The translations under genes were made by a program, and so were the position numbers. Under the pieces are notes generated by a model. That model saw only the letters and a program-made list of their open reading frames with translations, did no database searches and had not been told where the DNA came from. A stretch of 64,000 bases of DNA from an uncultured Nitrososphaerota archaeon (lineage in GTDB: Archaea; Thermoproteota; Nitrososphaeria; Nitrososphaerales; Nitrosopumilaceae): assembly GCA_963824385.1 (NCBI GenBank), contig CAWGPD010000001.1, positions 242,136 to 306,135 on the forward strand. Reading direction: 5' to 3'. Position 1 is the stretch's first letter. Every line of letters starts with the position of its first letter. Below, in pieces: positions 29,768 through 40,520 of this stretch.

Positions 29768-31003
29768 TTGAAAAAAAGTCTCACAATTTCAACGATTATC
29801 ATTTGCATTATGATTTCTCAAAATATAGTTCCAACAGCAATGTCTCAGATATCATCCATCCCCTCTGGAAGTTATTCTTCATCACTAATTCAGTTTAACA
29901 AAAAAGTATTTAGCTGGACTGACCGTGTGTACATTACAATTTTTGCGCCAGATTTCAACTCAGATCCTAACATTATTGATGAACTTGGAGTTACAGCAGA
30001 TGACAAAATCACCATCTCTACAAGTGGTCACAGTATACCATATCGTTTAGTTGAAACAGGTCCAAATACAGGAATATTTAGTGGCTATGTGACACTTACT
30101 GGGGATCCGACACTAAAAGGTTCAGCAGGTGTGGACGGTCAGGGAACAAATCCTACAGGGATTCAATCAACATGTAATCCAATATGTGGTCCAACAGATG
30201 GATTTCTTCCAAGTGAGCAAAATGATGGAATTACAGTCTCATTTGAATACAACCGTGATCAGGTTGTTACTGGTTCGGCCCCAATTCGTTGGAATGTAGG
30301 TAGCGTAGAATGGCTCCAATCAAGTTATCCCGTAAACGGTCAAGGAATAGTGCAGATAATAGATCCAGACATGAGCCTTAATCCAGACGCAGTAAACAAG
30401 TTTGATACAAAGGTTTGGTCGGATTCGGATTCTGGTGGCATAAAGTTAACAATGATTGAAACCAATCCTGGTACTGGAATCTTTCAGGGAACAGTATACT
30501 TTACTACAGATCTAACTTCATCAGGAAGCAGATTACGTGTTGCATCAGGAGATACTGTGACTGCAGAATACATAGATACGACTCTTCCACTCCCATATTC
30601 AACATCTGACCAACTGCACCTTACTGCAACAGCAATTGTAGGGACGTCCCTTCCACCACTTGAACGGGCATCTGCTGATAATGCAAGGATTTTAGACTCT
30701 GCAGGAAAACCAGTAAGCAAAGTGAGTGCAGGTCAACAAATACAGATTGTTTCAGATGTAACAAATCAAGAAAATAGAGATCAGTCAATTACATATTTGG
30801 TACAAATACAAGACAGTAATGGAATAACTGTATCCCTATCATGGATAACAGGTGCAATGGTTCCAAACCAGACTCTAAATTTAGGTCAGTCATGGATACC
30901 TCGTGCTCCTGGAACATATACCGCCCAAGTCTTTGTGTGGGAAAGCACTAACAATCCAAATGCATTATCTCCGCCACTGTCATTGCAAATCCAAGTTACA
31001 TAG
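29768..31003 (+). CDS. Secreted S-layer-like Ig-domain protein
   Basis: Signal peptide; repeated ETGPNTGIF / ETNPGTGIF; C-terminal SWI...QSW.P..PGTY..QVFVW. Confidence 0.75.
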   Translation: MKKSLTISTIIICIMISQNIVPTAMSQISSIPSGSYSSSLIQFNKKVFSWTDRVYITIFAPDFNSDPNIIDELGVTADDKITISTSGHSIPYRLVETGPNTGIFSGYVTLTGDPTLKGSAGVDGQGTNPTGIQSTCNPICGPTDGFLPSEQNDGITVSFEYNRDQVVTGSAPIRWNVGSVEWLQSSYPVNGQGIVQIIDPDMSLNPDAVNKFDTKVWSDSDSGGIKLTMIETNPGTGIFQGTVYFTTDLTSSGSRLRVASGDTVTAEYIDTTLPLPYSTSDQLHLTATAIVGTSLPPLERASADNARILDSAGKPVSKVSAGQQIQIVSDVTNQENRDQSITYLVQIQDSNGITVSLSWITGAMVPNQTLNLGQSWIPRAPGTYTAQVFVWESTNNPNALSPPLSLQIQVT

Positions 31004-31057
31004 GTACAACTCAGAATATTCCATAACAAATTTGAACTTAGAAATATAATTAAATAA

Positions 31058-31564
31058 TTGTCTCACATATTTTGTTACAGGTTGCACAAGGAAGTACTAA
31101 AAAGAGTATATTCTCATAAAAAATATGTAGTTTTATCCATTTCAATATTTGTCGTATTATTGATTTCTTTTTCCATGGTTTCAGAATTCATTTTCTTCTC
31201 ACCTGTCTTTGTTTTTTATGTTCCGACATATGCAATTTTTGACTTCATGCTAATTGTGATAATTGCTGCATTGTCTGGAATTGTCATTAGTTTAGGAATT
31301 TATCGTGTTCATATATTGAGTAACAGCGTAAAAAAATCTGGAACAGGATTGTTTGGCTCTATCATCGGAGCAAGTGCGGGAGCATGTAGTTGTGGACCAT
31401 TGGGGTTTGCGGCAGTATCAACATTTGGAACTGTTGGAGGAATTGCCACCTCGTTTTTTACAAATTATGAAACCCCATTGAGATTAATATCAGTTGCAAT
31501 ATTGTGTTATACGTATTATGCGTCAGTCAAGAGCATAACAACCCAGTGTAATATTATCAAATAG
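31058..31564 (+). CDS. Membrane protein with intramembrane CSC motif
   Basis: Several TM helices; GASAGACSCGP. Confidence 0.7.
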   Translation: MSHIFCYRLHKEVLKRVYSHKKYVVLSISIFVVLLISFSMVSEFIFFSPVFVFYVPTYAIFDFMLIVIIAALSGIVISLGIYRVHILSNSVKKSGTGLFGSIIGASAGACSCGPLGFAAVSTFGTVGGIATSFFTNYETPLRLISVAILCYTYYASVKSITTQCNIIK

Positions 31565-31754
31565 AGTCAGTCATTACAAGATTAGACCACACAAGGGATC
31601 TAAGATTGTTTTACGGTTGGAAATCAATACAAGTAGGCCATTTTAGAGCAGGCGTAATTGTCAGGATTATCATCAATCTCACCAATTCAAAAAATTTCAA
31701 TTGCACAAAATATTTTAATTTATTTGAACATTTATCAGTGAGAATCACCTAACA

Positions 31755-32375
31755 ATGGCATTGAACAGAACCTCGGTTCCCATATCTAAAAATGATGTCA
31801 ACAATTTGCATAAAAAAGCGCTCAGATTACAAAAAGATGGAAATCATGGAGAAGCAATAAAGAATTTTGACAAGGCGTTGGAATTTGAACCAAATAATTC
31901 TGAATTACTATATGACAAGGCAATATCATTTCAGATACTGTTAAGATTTGATGATGCTGTAGAGTATTACAACAAGTCATTAAAAATAGATCCTAGTAAC
32001 TTTGCAACATTTATCAATAAAGGACTATGTCTTTCAAGCCCAAACATGAATAGACAAGAAGACGCCCTTTTTTGTTTTGACCAAGCTCTCATACTAGTAC
32101 CAAATGATCTTGGCGCCTTATCACTCAGAGGATATGCGCTAGATAGTTTAGGAAGATATCGTGAAGCAATAGATTGCTTCGATAAAGTTCTTGAAGCTCA
32201 ACCAAAAGAAATCAACATTCTAACAAACAAAGGTTTAGCCCTATCACATCTTGGGAAATATGATGAGGCAATAGCGTATTTTGATACGGTACTGGATTAC
32301 GAACCAAATAATTTTTTTGTGATGCAATTAAAACAAGAAGCCTCTAAAAGCATGAAAAGAGATTTTTTGCGTTAG
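31755..32375 (+). CDS. Tetratricopeptide repeat protein
   Basis: Repeated EAI..FDKAL...P units. Confidence 0.92.
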   Translation: MALNRTSVPISKNDVNNLHKKALRLQKDGNHGEAIKNFDKALEFEPNNSELLYDKAISFQILLRFDDAVEYYNKSLKIDPSNFATFINKGLCLSSPNMNRQEDALFCFDQALILVPNDLGALSLRGYALDSLGRYREAIDCFDKVLEAQPKEINILTNKGLALSHLGKYDEAIAYFDTVLDYEPNNFFVMQLKQEASKSMKRDFLR

Positions 32376-32527
32376 TTATCATAATACTGTTGATCAAATA
32401 CATAATCATATCAGATTGACTTTTTTCATACAACAATCATAGGAATTAGTCACTAAACTTTAGTAAATTAACTAATAAAAAAATCCAACTACATCAATGG
32501 TTAAATAGCAAAAAACTAGAACTTGTT

Positions 32528-32905
32528 TTGTTGAATAAAAAAGATGCTCAAGAGATAGTGAAAGAAATTCTGGCAATTAGTCAGTATGTCAGATTTGCAG
32601 GTGTGATAGATAGTAAAGGCAAAGTTGTGGCGTATGCCAGGAGATTAGGACATGAGCCTCTACTAAATATAAAAAATACATCAGACCAGTTTTCTCATCT
32701 AGCAATTAAGACTCGTATGGCATCACAATTTAACAAACAACTAGGAGATGTGCAATTCATGTGGGAGGAGAGAGAAAAAGTTCAGACTATTTCTTTTGCA
32801 CTAGGCAAGAATACAGTGTGGGCATCAATTGATAAAAAAGTAATTCGATCTGAGGTACTTAGAATAATAGACAATTGTCTTCCCATTGTAAAGCATTTTT
32901 CATAG
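32528..32905 (+). CDS. Roadblock/profilin-fold (DUF6659-like) protein
   Basis: ILAISQYVRFAGVIDSKGKV...R; F..QLG.V.F...EREKV..ISF. Confidence 0.75.
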   Translation: MLNKKDAQEIVKEILAISQYVRFAGVIDSKGKVVAYARRLGHEPLLNIKNTSDQFSHLAIKTRMASQFNKQLGDVQFMWEEREKVQTISFALGKNTVWASIDKKVIRSEVLRIIDNCLPIVKHFS

Positions 32906-32959
32906 AAATATTCGTGAAATAATCTTGAACAATAAATACAGGTGTATATCAAGTGCATC

Positions 32960-33661
32960 GTGGATAAGAAAATTCTGATTGGTGTAGTTGTGATTTCTTT
33001 AATTCTCGGTTCTACCAATTCTGCATATGCCACAAAACATGATACTTCAATATTTTCAGGAGCACGGCAATATGCAGATTCAAACGCTTACAAAAATGAT
33101 AATTATAGTTTTTCAATTCAGCCTCCTCCCAACTGGGAAATTTTGACCAACTTCCCACAAAACCTAACAAATCAGGCAATAGTAATATTTTCAAATAATA
33201 ATAATAGCCAGTTGGCCACATTTGGAATTTATCATAGATACATTGGTCAATACGTAATAGATGCATTAAACAATCATACCGACAATGACATTCTTGCCAC
33301 GATAAATCAAGAGATAACAATACCAAGTGCAGATTCCAAGACAGTCATGTATAACGGAATAGTTGACAGATATAATGATGGTATACGCGTTGTCATTAGT
33401 TCTGCTACTCAGTATACTGCAGACAATTCTACATCGTTCAGTGAAAATATATTTTATTATCTTAATAATGGAAACCAGTATACATTAGATCTGACAAGTA
33501 ATCCTAATAGCATTGATAAAAATTCACAATTATTTGAAGATTCAGCAAACACATTTCTAGTGAGTCAGACCAGTCCAGTACCAGAATTCCCCATCGCTCT
33601 TGTTATGCTGATAGTTGGAATGTTCTTAATCATCTTTATTTCTAAAATAAAAAACCAATAA
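32960..33661 (+). CDS. PEF-CTERM surface protein with PsbP-like domain
   Basis: YKNDNYSFSIQPPPNW; C-terminal VPEFP + TM. Confidence 0.8.
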   Translation: MDKKILIGVVVISLILGSTNSAYATKHDTSIFSGARQYADSNAYKNDNYSFSIQPPPNWEILTNFPQNLTNQAIVIFSNNNNSQLATFGIYHRYIGQYVIDALNNHTDNDILATINQEITIPSADSKTVMYNGIVDRYNDGIRVVISSATQYTADNSTSFSENIFYYLNNGNQYTLDLTSNPNSIDKNSQLFEDSANTFLVSQTSPVPEFPIALVMLIVGMFLIIFISKIKNQ

Positions 33662-33838
33662 ACAAAATGTACGCTATACGACGGATTTATGAACGAGTGA
33701 CAATATCAGAATGTCAAGCAGGACAGGTATAACGTGGGCATAGATTGCATCCGGAATACGGAATATATAGGAAAACATGAACATGAGTCTAAAAACTATG
33801 AGTGAACAGTTATTATGTAGCATTTAGCAACGAAAACC

Positions 33839-33982
33839 ATGTCAACAGAAGACAGACAAATGTTTCCTGCCACATGCGCAGATTGTAAAAAAGAAACACA
33901 GGTTCCCTTCAAACCAGCAGAAGGAAGACCAGTATATTGCAAAGAATGTTTACCAAAACATCGTCCAGCACGAAGATTTTAG
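33839..33982 (+). CDS. CxxC-x17-CxxC domain microprotein (47 aa)
   Basis: MSTEDRQMFPATCADCKKETQVPFKPAEGRPVYCKECLPKHRPARRF*; exactly 17 residues between the CxxC pairs; VPFKP..GRPVYC signature. Confidence 0.9.
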   Translation: MSTEDRQMFPATCADCKKETQVPFKPAEGRPVYCKECLPKHRPARRF

Positions 33983-34072
33983 GCTGAAAAACGCTTAAAA
34001 AAAATTTTTTTGAACTCAAACAATATTGTCAAATCAGAAAGATTAAGTCATTTTCAGAACACAGTATAGTAG

Positions 34073-34628
34073 TTGTCCAAGTCACATTCAGCAGAAAACT
34101 TTGCTAAAGAGAGACATTCTGGAATGACTAAAAAGGATGGGGTGACACCATATTACGAACATTTAGCCGCGGTGGTAGCCAGACTCAAGAATCTTGGAAT
34201 ATCAGATGAAGATGCAATATCATCTTCATGGTTACACGATATAATCGATTATACTGAAACAAGTTTTGATGAACTAAATCAAAGATTTGGTTCCAAAGTA
34301 GCAGTTCTAGTCTTGTCAGTATCAAGAGACAAGAGTTTGCCTAGAATCAGACAAGAAGAGCAATATGTAAAACAGCTGAAAAGGAACATCTTTTGAAGCA
34401 AAACTAATCAAACTATGTGACATATCAGCAAGTCTCAGAGATTTGAAGAATTCGTCACTTTCAAAGACAAAGAAAACAAAAGAAGTAAAAAAAATGGTAT
34501 TCTATCTAAATATAATAAAATCAGATCTAATCAAAAATAAATCCCAATTTCCAGGAATCTTCAGTTTGATCAGCGGAATTAATGATATGATTTCCGCATA
34601 TGGGCAAAGGCCCATTATCATTCAGTGA
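34073..34628 (+). CDS. HD-domain (SpoT/Mesh1-like) hydrolase, frameshifted near 34385
   Basis: FAKERHSG..KKDGVTPYYEH, WLHDII, FGSKVA; continues as AKLIKLCD in another frame. Confidence 0.8.
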
Positions 34629-34699
34629 TGTTTACTAAGAATACAATTATTTTTAAAAATTCAATAGCCTTTTTAGAGTTGAATTAGAAAAGAGATTCA

Positions 34700-35002
34700 A
34701 TGGTACTAGAACCATACATTCAAAAAGATATTGACAGTGCTATTAAAAATTGGTGTCCAAATGTGACACTTCTAAAGAAAGAGGAATCTCGTTCGCAGAA
34801 AGTTTGGAAATTTAAAAGTGGTTCAGATTTCATATACGGGTATTTAGTTGGTCAGATGGAAGGATACATTGCAGGTATGATTGTTGGAAGATATGGTAAG
34901 ATACCAGATGCGAATGAAACCAAAGAGATTAGAAAAATGGTTGAAATACGCGCAAAAGAAATTAGACAAGTAATGTCTGACTACGATAGCAAAGAAAGAT
35001 AG
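34700..35002 (+). CDS. Hypothetical protein (paralog A)
   Basis: SDFIYGYLVGQM motif resembles the next gene. Confidence 0.7.
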   Translation: MVLEPYIQKDIDSAIKNWCPNVTLLKKEESRSQKVWKFKSGSDFIYGYLVGQMEGYIAGMIVGRYGKIPDANETKEIRKMVEIRAKEIRQVMSDYDSKER

Positions 35003-35059
35003 AACTAAAATTCTTTACAAGGTAATCATATTTTTATTAGACAGCATTATTTCACAAAT

Positions 35060-35362
35060 ATGGCATTAGAAAAAAAGGACAAAAAAATGCTTGATACAAT
35101 GATCGAAGAGGAGATAATCAAGATTCCAGGACTTGTAAGAAACCTCAGGTTGCCTCAATTCCAAGACGCATTTCAAATTAAAAATGAGTCAGAGTACGTA
35201 TACGGATATACCCATGGTTCTATAATTGGAAAGTTTGAAACCTATTATTTCGTGGTCCACTCTGGGAAAAAACCAAATGGTATAGAAGTTGACGAAATTG
35301 GAAAAACAATATTTGAAAAATCTGGCGAAATAAGAAATGCTATTTCTAAAAGTAGTGAATAG
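35060..35362 (+). CDS. Hypothetical protein (paralog B)
   Basis: SEYVYGYTHGSI motif; same length (100 aa) as paralog A. Confidence 0.7.
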   Translation: MALEKKDKKMLDTMIEEEIIKIPGLVRNLRLPQFQDAFQIKNESEYVYGYTHGSIIGKFETYYFVVHSGKKPNGIEVDEIGKTIFEKSGEIRNAISKSSE

Positions 35363-35391
35363 TTAGACAGTAAAATAAGAAGATCAGAGAA

Positions 35392-36145
35392 TCAGGATAA
35401 CATTAATGGAATAGTGAATTTAAAAGACGCCCCATTTTTCCGATCAGAGTTAACCCAAATTCTACCACCGTGTTCTTCTACAATACCTCTACAGATAGTC
35501 AGCCCAAGACCTGAACCTCCATATTTTCTAAATTGCCTAGAATTACCCTTGTAAAACTTGTCAAATATTTTGTCCAAATCCTCAGAATCTTATGCCCTCT
35601 CCATTATCTTCAACAACAAACAACAAATCAGAAGTTCGGTCTTTTTCAATTTTTATTGTAATTTTACCATCAATTTTAGGAACAAAATCTACTGAGTTTT
35701 TTACAAGGTTTACAATTACCTGTTTAATCATATTTTCATCAGCATAAATTTGTCCAGACATATCGACTACTATTTTTAATTCAATTTGTTTTTCAGCAAT
35801 AATTGGTTTTAAGAGATTCATACAATCATCCATAAGAGTCTGTACGTTAACTTTAGTTTTTGAAAACTCTAATGATTTTAATTCTAGTTTATGCACATAA
35901 GAAATATCTTTTACCAATTCTTCTAATTTATCGGCGCACCTATGAATTGTAGTAACCATTCTTTCCTGTTTTTCATTCAATGGACCAGGAATATGAGATT
36001 CTAGCATTTCTACACATATTTTAATTGGAGAAAGTGCAGACTTTAAATCATGATTGATTATAGACACATCTAAGGCATTTAGTGCAGTTACTCGTTCTTG
36101 TTCATTTGGTTGCAAATTTGATTCAGATAGACGGTCTTTTGCCAT
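35392..36145 (-). CDS. Sensor-less histidine kinase, frameshifted near 35585
   Basis: H-box NHDLKSAL, N-box QVIVNLVKNS, DNGEGI; then IFDKFY and GGSGLGL in the second ORF. Confidence 0.85.
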
Positions 36146-36318
36146 GACTATAACAAAATAATCATCTAAAACATGATATAAGAAACAGTCAGGATACTTC
36201 GAACAAACAAAAACAGATTAGAAAATATTAAAATAAATATTAAAAATTGTTATAAATGAAAATATTAGATAAAAATTGAGAAAAATGAGGAATCAGATAT
36301 CATTCTGAATGCCTTATC

Positions 36319-36624
36319 TTATTGGGAACCTTCTACTAGTTCAGCAGAAGCAAATCTTTGGCCTACTTGGGTAATTCTTACCTTTGCATTCTGGCCAGCC
36401 TTGCCGTCTTTAACAAATATCACAAAGCCTTCTACTCTTGCAATACCGTCGCCTTTTCTACTGATTTCAGTAATAGAAACGTCGTATTCTTTTCCGGTTT
36501 CTACTGGTTTTGGACCGTTATCAAAACTTCTACCGCCGCCACCGCCGCCGAATCTTCGACCGCCGCCGCCGTATCCGCCGTTTGAACGTCCGCCATAGGA
36601 ACTTCCTCTATCGTTGTAACTCAT
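36319..36624 (-). CDS. TRAM-domain RNA-binding protein with Gly/Arg-rich N-terminus
   Basis: PKPVETGKEYDVSITEISRKGDGIARVEGFVIFV; GGAGGTG upstream of the start. Confidence 0.92.
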   Translation of the reverse strand: MSYNDRGSSYGGRSNGGYGGGGRRFGGGGGGRSFDNGPKPVETGKEYDVSITEISRKGDGIARVEGFVIFVKDGKAGQNAKVRITQVGQRFASAELVEGSQ

Positions 36625-36765
36625 CGTCGCACCTCCTTCTAATTACAAAATAGATGACACTCAATAAAAATGCTCGAAATTAGTTTTTGATGTCAAAATT
36701 TTGACTCTTTTTCGATCATTGACTCATTTCATTATGCTTAATACGGATAGAGAGCGTCAATATTT

Positions 36766-36819
36766 ATGGCAAAAGCCAAAGCAAAACCAAAAGCAAAAGC
36801 AAAAGCAAAGAAGAAATAA
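36766..36819 (+). CDS. 17-aa Lys/Ala/Pro basic micropeptide
   Basis: MAKAKAKPKAKAKAKKK*; TTAATA about 25 nt upstream, T-rich tract downstream. Confidence 0.55.
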   Translation: MAKAKAKPKAKAKAKKK

Positions 36820-37043
36820 AAAATCTGACCTGTAAAAGGTCTTATCCTTTTTCTAAGATTCTTAGATTTTGTTATCTCTAACAATTTCTCACACCATGCG
36901 ATGAGAGTTTCATGGTTGAGATTCCCAATTTACGTTCAAAATATCCCATAGTCATAGTATGAAATTTTATAAAAATTAGCACTAGAAATAAAATCTTTTA
37001 AATTGATCAATGGTTTTTACGATCTTACTAGGAGTAATACGAT

Positions 37044-37418
37044 ATGAGTATAACAAAGACTGTAGATTTAGATCAGTTTTGTAAGTCTATCATGATTGCA
37101 GATAGAAATGTACGTTCTGTTTCAGTAATAGACAAAAAAGGAAAAGTAGTTCACAACATATCTAATCGAAGATTTGTGCAACCGAGTATAGAGAAATGGA
37201 ATGATATCCATTACATGGAATGTATGTTTGACATTTCCATGGGAGTAAAGTTTGACAATCTATACGGACCTATTAGATATCATCATTCAGACAAAGATAA
37301 TTTTATGATGTTTAGTTTTCCGTACAATAAATACATCACAATCATTACAAGCACAAAAAAGATTAGCCCTATTGCATTTGCAACAAAGATATCCAAAATT
37401 ATAATCAATTTCAAATAA
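37044..37418 (+). CDS. Roadblock/profilin-fold (DUF6659-like) protein
   Basis: FCKSIM.AD.NVRSVSVIDKKGKV; FDNLYGPIRY. Confidence 0.7.
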   Translation: MSITKTVDLDQFCKSIMIADRNVRSVSVIDKKGKVVHNISNRRFVQPSIEKWNDIHYMECMFDISMGVKFDNLYGPIRYHHSDKDNFMMFSFPYNKYITIITSTKKISPIAFATKISKIIINFK

Positions 37419-37450
37419 GTGTAATCAAAGTCAACATGATTTTTTCCATG

Positions 37451-37756
37451 TCATAAAGTTTTCAATCTATCCACAGCCTTCTTGAAATCATTCATTGGAA
37501 CAATTTTCACAGTACTTATTGAAGATATTCCCACAGTTATGCATAACTGCTCAATATCATGTGCACTTGATGCATCCATAATTATTGTCCATTCATGCTC
37601 AAGAACAGACATATAAAAGCCCAATATTTTTTGGATATGAAATTTTCTTTTATTTGCTTTTAGTTTATCTTGTATTTCTAGAAATATTTTTTTGCTGTTT
37701 TTATTGTTTAGTGGACATAATTCCGGACTATGTACAGCGAAAACTCCAAAGAGCAT
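37451..37756 (-). CDS. Small ferredoxin-like-fold protein (DUF3303/GYD-like)
   Basis: HSPELCP, LEHEW..IMDA, VKIVP motifs. Confidence 0.6.
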   Translation of the reverse strand: MLFGVFAVHSPELCPLNNKNSKKIFLEIQDKLKANKRKFHIQKILGFYMSVLEHEWTIIMDASSAHDIEQLCITVGISSISTVKIVPMNDFKKAVDRLKTL

Positions 37757-37938
37757 AATCTCAATCCAAAGTTATTTCTAATAAAGATTAAGGCGTGTAA
37801 TAAGACAGATGGAATGGTGATATAATAGTTGATTCTCAATTTTGGATTCCAAAATTGCATTTATATGAAAATATGATTTAGGCATCAATAGATGAACTTA
37901 TTATTTATCATGATTTTGAATATTAGGAGTACAAATAA

Positions 37939-38365
37939 TTGAAACAAAAAATTAGTAAAATTCTTGTTCCTATGGATGGTTCTGACAAATCATTCAAGGC
38001 CCTCAATGAAGCAATTTACTTGGCAAGACAGTGCCACAGTACAATTACAGGTTTGTGTATCATTCCCATCTATACCATAAATTTGGGGAAATTACTGACT
38101 TCATTAAGGAATCAATCTCAGAAAGAGGCAAAAAAGTTCTTGGCAGAAGCAAAAAAGAAATGTGCACAAAATGGCATTGTATTTAGTGAAAAAATAATTT
38201 ATGGAAACCAATCTTGGGAGATAACAGAATTTGCGGCATACAAAAAATTCGATCTGATTGTAATAGGTTCACGTGGAATGAGTCGAGCAAAAGAAGACTT
38301 TCCTTGGCAGTGTGGCAAGTAACATAGTTCACAAATCCAAAGTTCCAGTACTTGTTGTAAAATAA
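37939..38365 (+). CDS. Universal stress protein, frameshifted near 38300
   Basis: KILVPMDGS, DLIVIGSRG; LGSVASNIVHKSKVPVLVVK in the shifted frame. Confidence 0.88.
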
Positions 38366-38426
38366 TCACAATGTCAGAATTGAAACTGAAAAAATCGTTT
38401 AAATTAATGATTACTCGAATAACCAC

Positions 38427-38855
38427 ATGATAGAGCATATCATGATAGCATATGATAAATCAGAGCCGGCCAATCGTGCTTTTGAATATGCAGTAGATCT
38501 CGCAAAAAAATACAATTCCACTATCAGCATAGTATCATGTATAGTAATTCAGGTTCCTACAGATCCTTATTTTGGAACAGCATATATGGAAACTACAAAG
38601 TTATTGAGAGAGGATGCACTTGGTTCAATATCAAAACTAGAACCAAGGTTGAAAGAATCAAACATGCCATTTAAGACAGAGGTGTTAGAAGTAATATCAA
38701 TTACAGAATCTTTGATTTCATATTCAGAGTCACATAACGTCGATTTAATAGTAATTGGCTCTCGCGGATTGGGAGGTTTTAAGAAATTATTGCTCGGAAG
38801 TGTAGCAAGCGGAGTATCCCAACATTCAAAGTGTCCAGTGCTGATTGTAAAATAA
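38427..38855 (+). CDS. Universal stress protein
   Basis: DLIVIGSRGLGGFKKLLLGSVA...CPVLIVK. Confidence 0.95.
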   Translation: MIEHIMIAYDKSEPANRAFEYAVDLAKKYNSTISIVSCIVIQVPTDPYFGTAYMETTKLLREDALGSISKLEPRLKESNMPFKTEVLEVISITESLISYSESHNVDLIVIGSRGLGGFKKLLLGSVASGVSQHSKCPVLIVK

Positions 38856-38882
38856 TACGAATGCAAGCAATGTATTTTTAGA

Positions 38883-39473
38883 TTATTTTCTATATCGTGA
38901 TACAAATGTGTTAGAAGAATCACCATTCAAGTCCAGTACAAATTGTTGTCGTATAAGTTTACCATAGACAATTAGATCCCTTGCCAGCATATCTAATCGC
39001 GATTCTAGTTTTGATGTAATTTTTCCATTTATGAAATCATCGCTATCACTTACAGACACTCCATATGGAATACTCCATCCATAGCACTGTCTAACTGCGG
39101 TTCTCATCTGGTCCATTGCTGTGAGGCCCTTCTCATGAGATGCACAAATATATCCAAATGTTTTTCCTGCAAATTCCGCCCAAAAATAATCAAGAAAATT
39201 CTTCATAGCTCCAGACATAGAACCGTGATAATCAGGAGTAGAAAGAATTAGTGCGTCAGACCAGTTAACATCATCTTGGACTTTTGTTATCTCAGCAATG
39301 GATTGATTTTCAGTTGGATCATATAATGGCAATTTGGTTTGTTTCAGGTCAAGTAGTCGTACTTCTGCACCCTGTTTTTTTGCAAAATCCAATGCAATTG
39401 ACAAGGCAGTTGTACTTGATGCACTTTCACGAAGACTAGATCCCACTCCTAGAACTTTGAACGTCAATACCAA
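38883..39473 (-). CDS. NADPH-dependent FMN reductase
   Basis: GSSLR..ASS, STPDYHGSMSGAMKNFLD. Confidence 0.9.
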   Translation of the reverse strand: MVLTFKVLGVGSSLRESASSTTALSIALDFAKKQGAEVRLLDLKQTKLPLYDPTENQSIAEITKVQDDVNWSDALILSTPDYHGSMSGAMKNFLDYFWAEFAGKTFGYICASHEKGLTAMDQMRTAVRQCYGWSIPYGVSVSDSDDFINGKITSKLESRLDMLARDLIVYGKLIRQQFVLDLNGDSSNTFVSRYRK

Positions 39474-39613
39474 CTAATTATTTAATGGGAATAAATAATC
39501 TCGTTTTCTTAGGTTTTTCAAATTTTGAAATATAAAATTAGTGTGACCGAGTTTTACAATCCATAGTCAACTAATATAAGAAATTTCAATATTTCTTAGG
39601 AGTATAGCATAAT

Positions 39614-39820
39614 TTGAAATTCTATATAGAATTTAATCCATGTAAGGAATGTAAGAACATAATTAAAGAATTAAAAGATGATGATATTCACGTACAAACT
39701 GACGAGGGATCTAAGAAATTTTTACGGCATATAACTTATAATCATACTGAAGTAGTTCAAGCAATTATCGAGGAATTTCCAAAAGAGTCTGATAAGGATA
39801 ACTTTCCGTGGTTTAGATAA
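39614..39820 (+). CDS. Small C2H2-like protein
   Basis: CKEC ... FLRHITYNH. Confidence 0.55.
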   Translation: MKFYIEFNPCKECKNIIKELKDDDIHVQTDEGSKKFLRHITYNHTEVVQAIIEEFPKESDKDNFPWFR

Positions 39821-39841
39821 GTCGTATTTTCACATCGCGTC

Positions 39842-40462
39842 TCATTTTCTGAACCATTCCTGGGTAATTTTTTTAATTTCATCTATTGATTTTTTCATAT
39901 TTTCAGTTTTGATTACATCATCTGCATTCATACCCTCAGCCAGAATTCCACGTACATCTGAAAATCCCATAAACTGAAACTCTATTTTAGTAAGCGACAT
40001 TGCATGCTCCCAATGTATCATGGGTTCTTTTGTATAAAATCCCCCAGATGATACAATTATCAAAGCTTTTTTCCCTTCCATCAAACCAAAATATTTTCCA
40101 TCTGCATTATTCCATGTCTGACCCTTTAACATGACAGAATCAAACCAAGCCTTTACAGCAGCAGGCATTGAAAAGTTATGCATTGGAAAAGCCACTACAA
40201 CAATATCAGCAGATTTGATTTGTTGTGTCATACGATCCATTTTTGCCAGTGTTATTTTTTGTTCAGGTAAAAGTTCTTCTTTTAGATAATTTCTTCTAAT
40301 GTAAGCGTTTATGCTTTCAACATTGAACATATCTGGAACATCTACACAAAGATCTAAAACTTCAACCTCAGAATTTTTTATTTCGTTCCTAAATACATTC
40401 AATAATTTCTTACTACTAGACCTTTCTTCTCTCGGAGTATATTTTACAAGCAGTGTCTTCAA
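39842..40462 (-). CDS. FMN-dependent NADH-azoreductase
   Basis: PR..RSSS, AFPMHNFSMPAAVKAWFD, SSGGFY. Confidence 0.9.
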   Translation of the reverse strand: MKTLLVKYTPREERSSSKKLLNVFRNEIKNSEVEVLDLCVDVPDMFNVESINAYIRRNYLKEELLPEQKITLAKMDRMTQQIKSADIVVVAFPMHNFSMPAAVKAWFDSVMLKGQTWNNADGKYFGLMEGKKALIIVSSGGFYTKEPMIHWEHAMSLTKIEFQFMGFSDVRGILAEGMNADDVIKTENMKKSIDEIKKITQEWFRK

Positions 40463-40520
40463 GATCTATTTTTTAGAATTCAATGTATATAATACATACT
40501 AACAAAAAATTGATTTAATT

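Noticed and set aside
33662..33838. Possible structured leader or ncRNA before the CxxC-x17-CxxC gene
   Set aside because: No convincing stem or known motif could be supported by eye.
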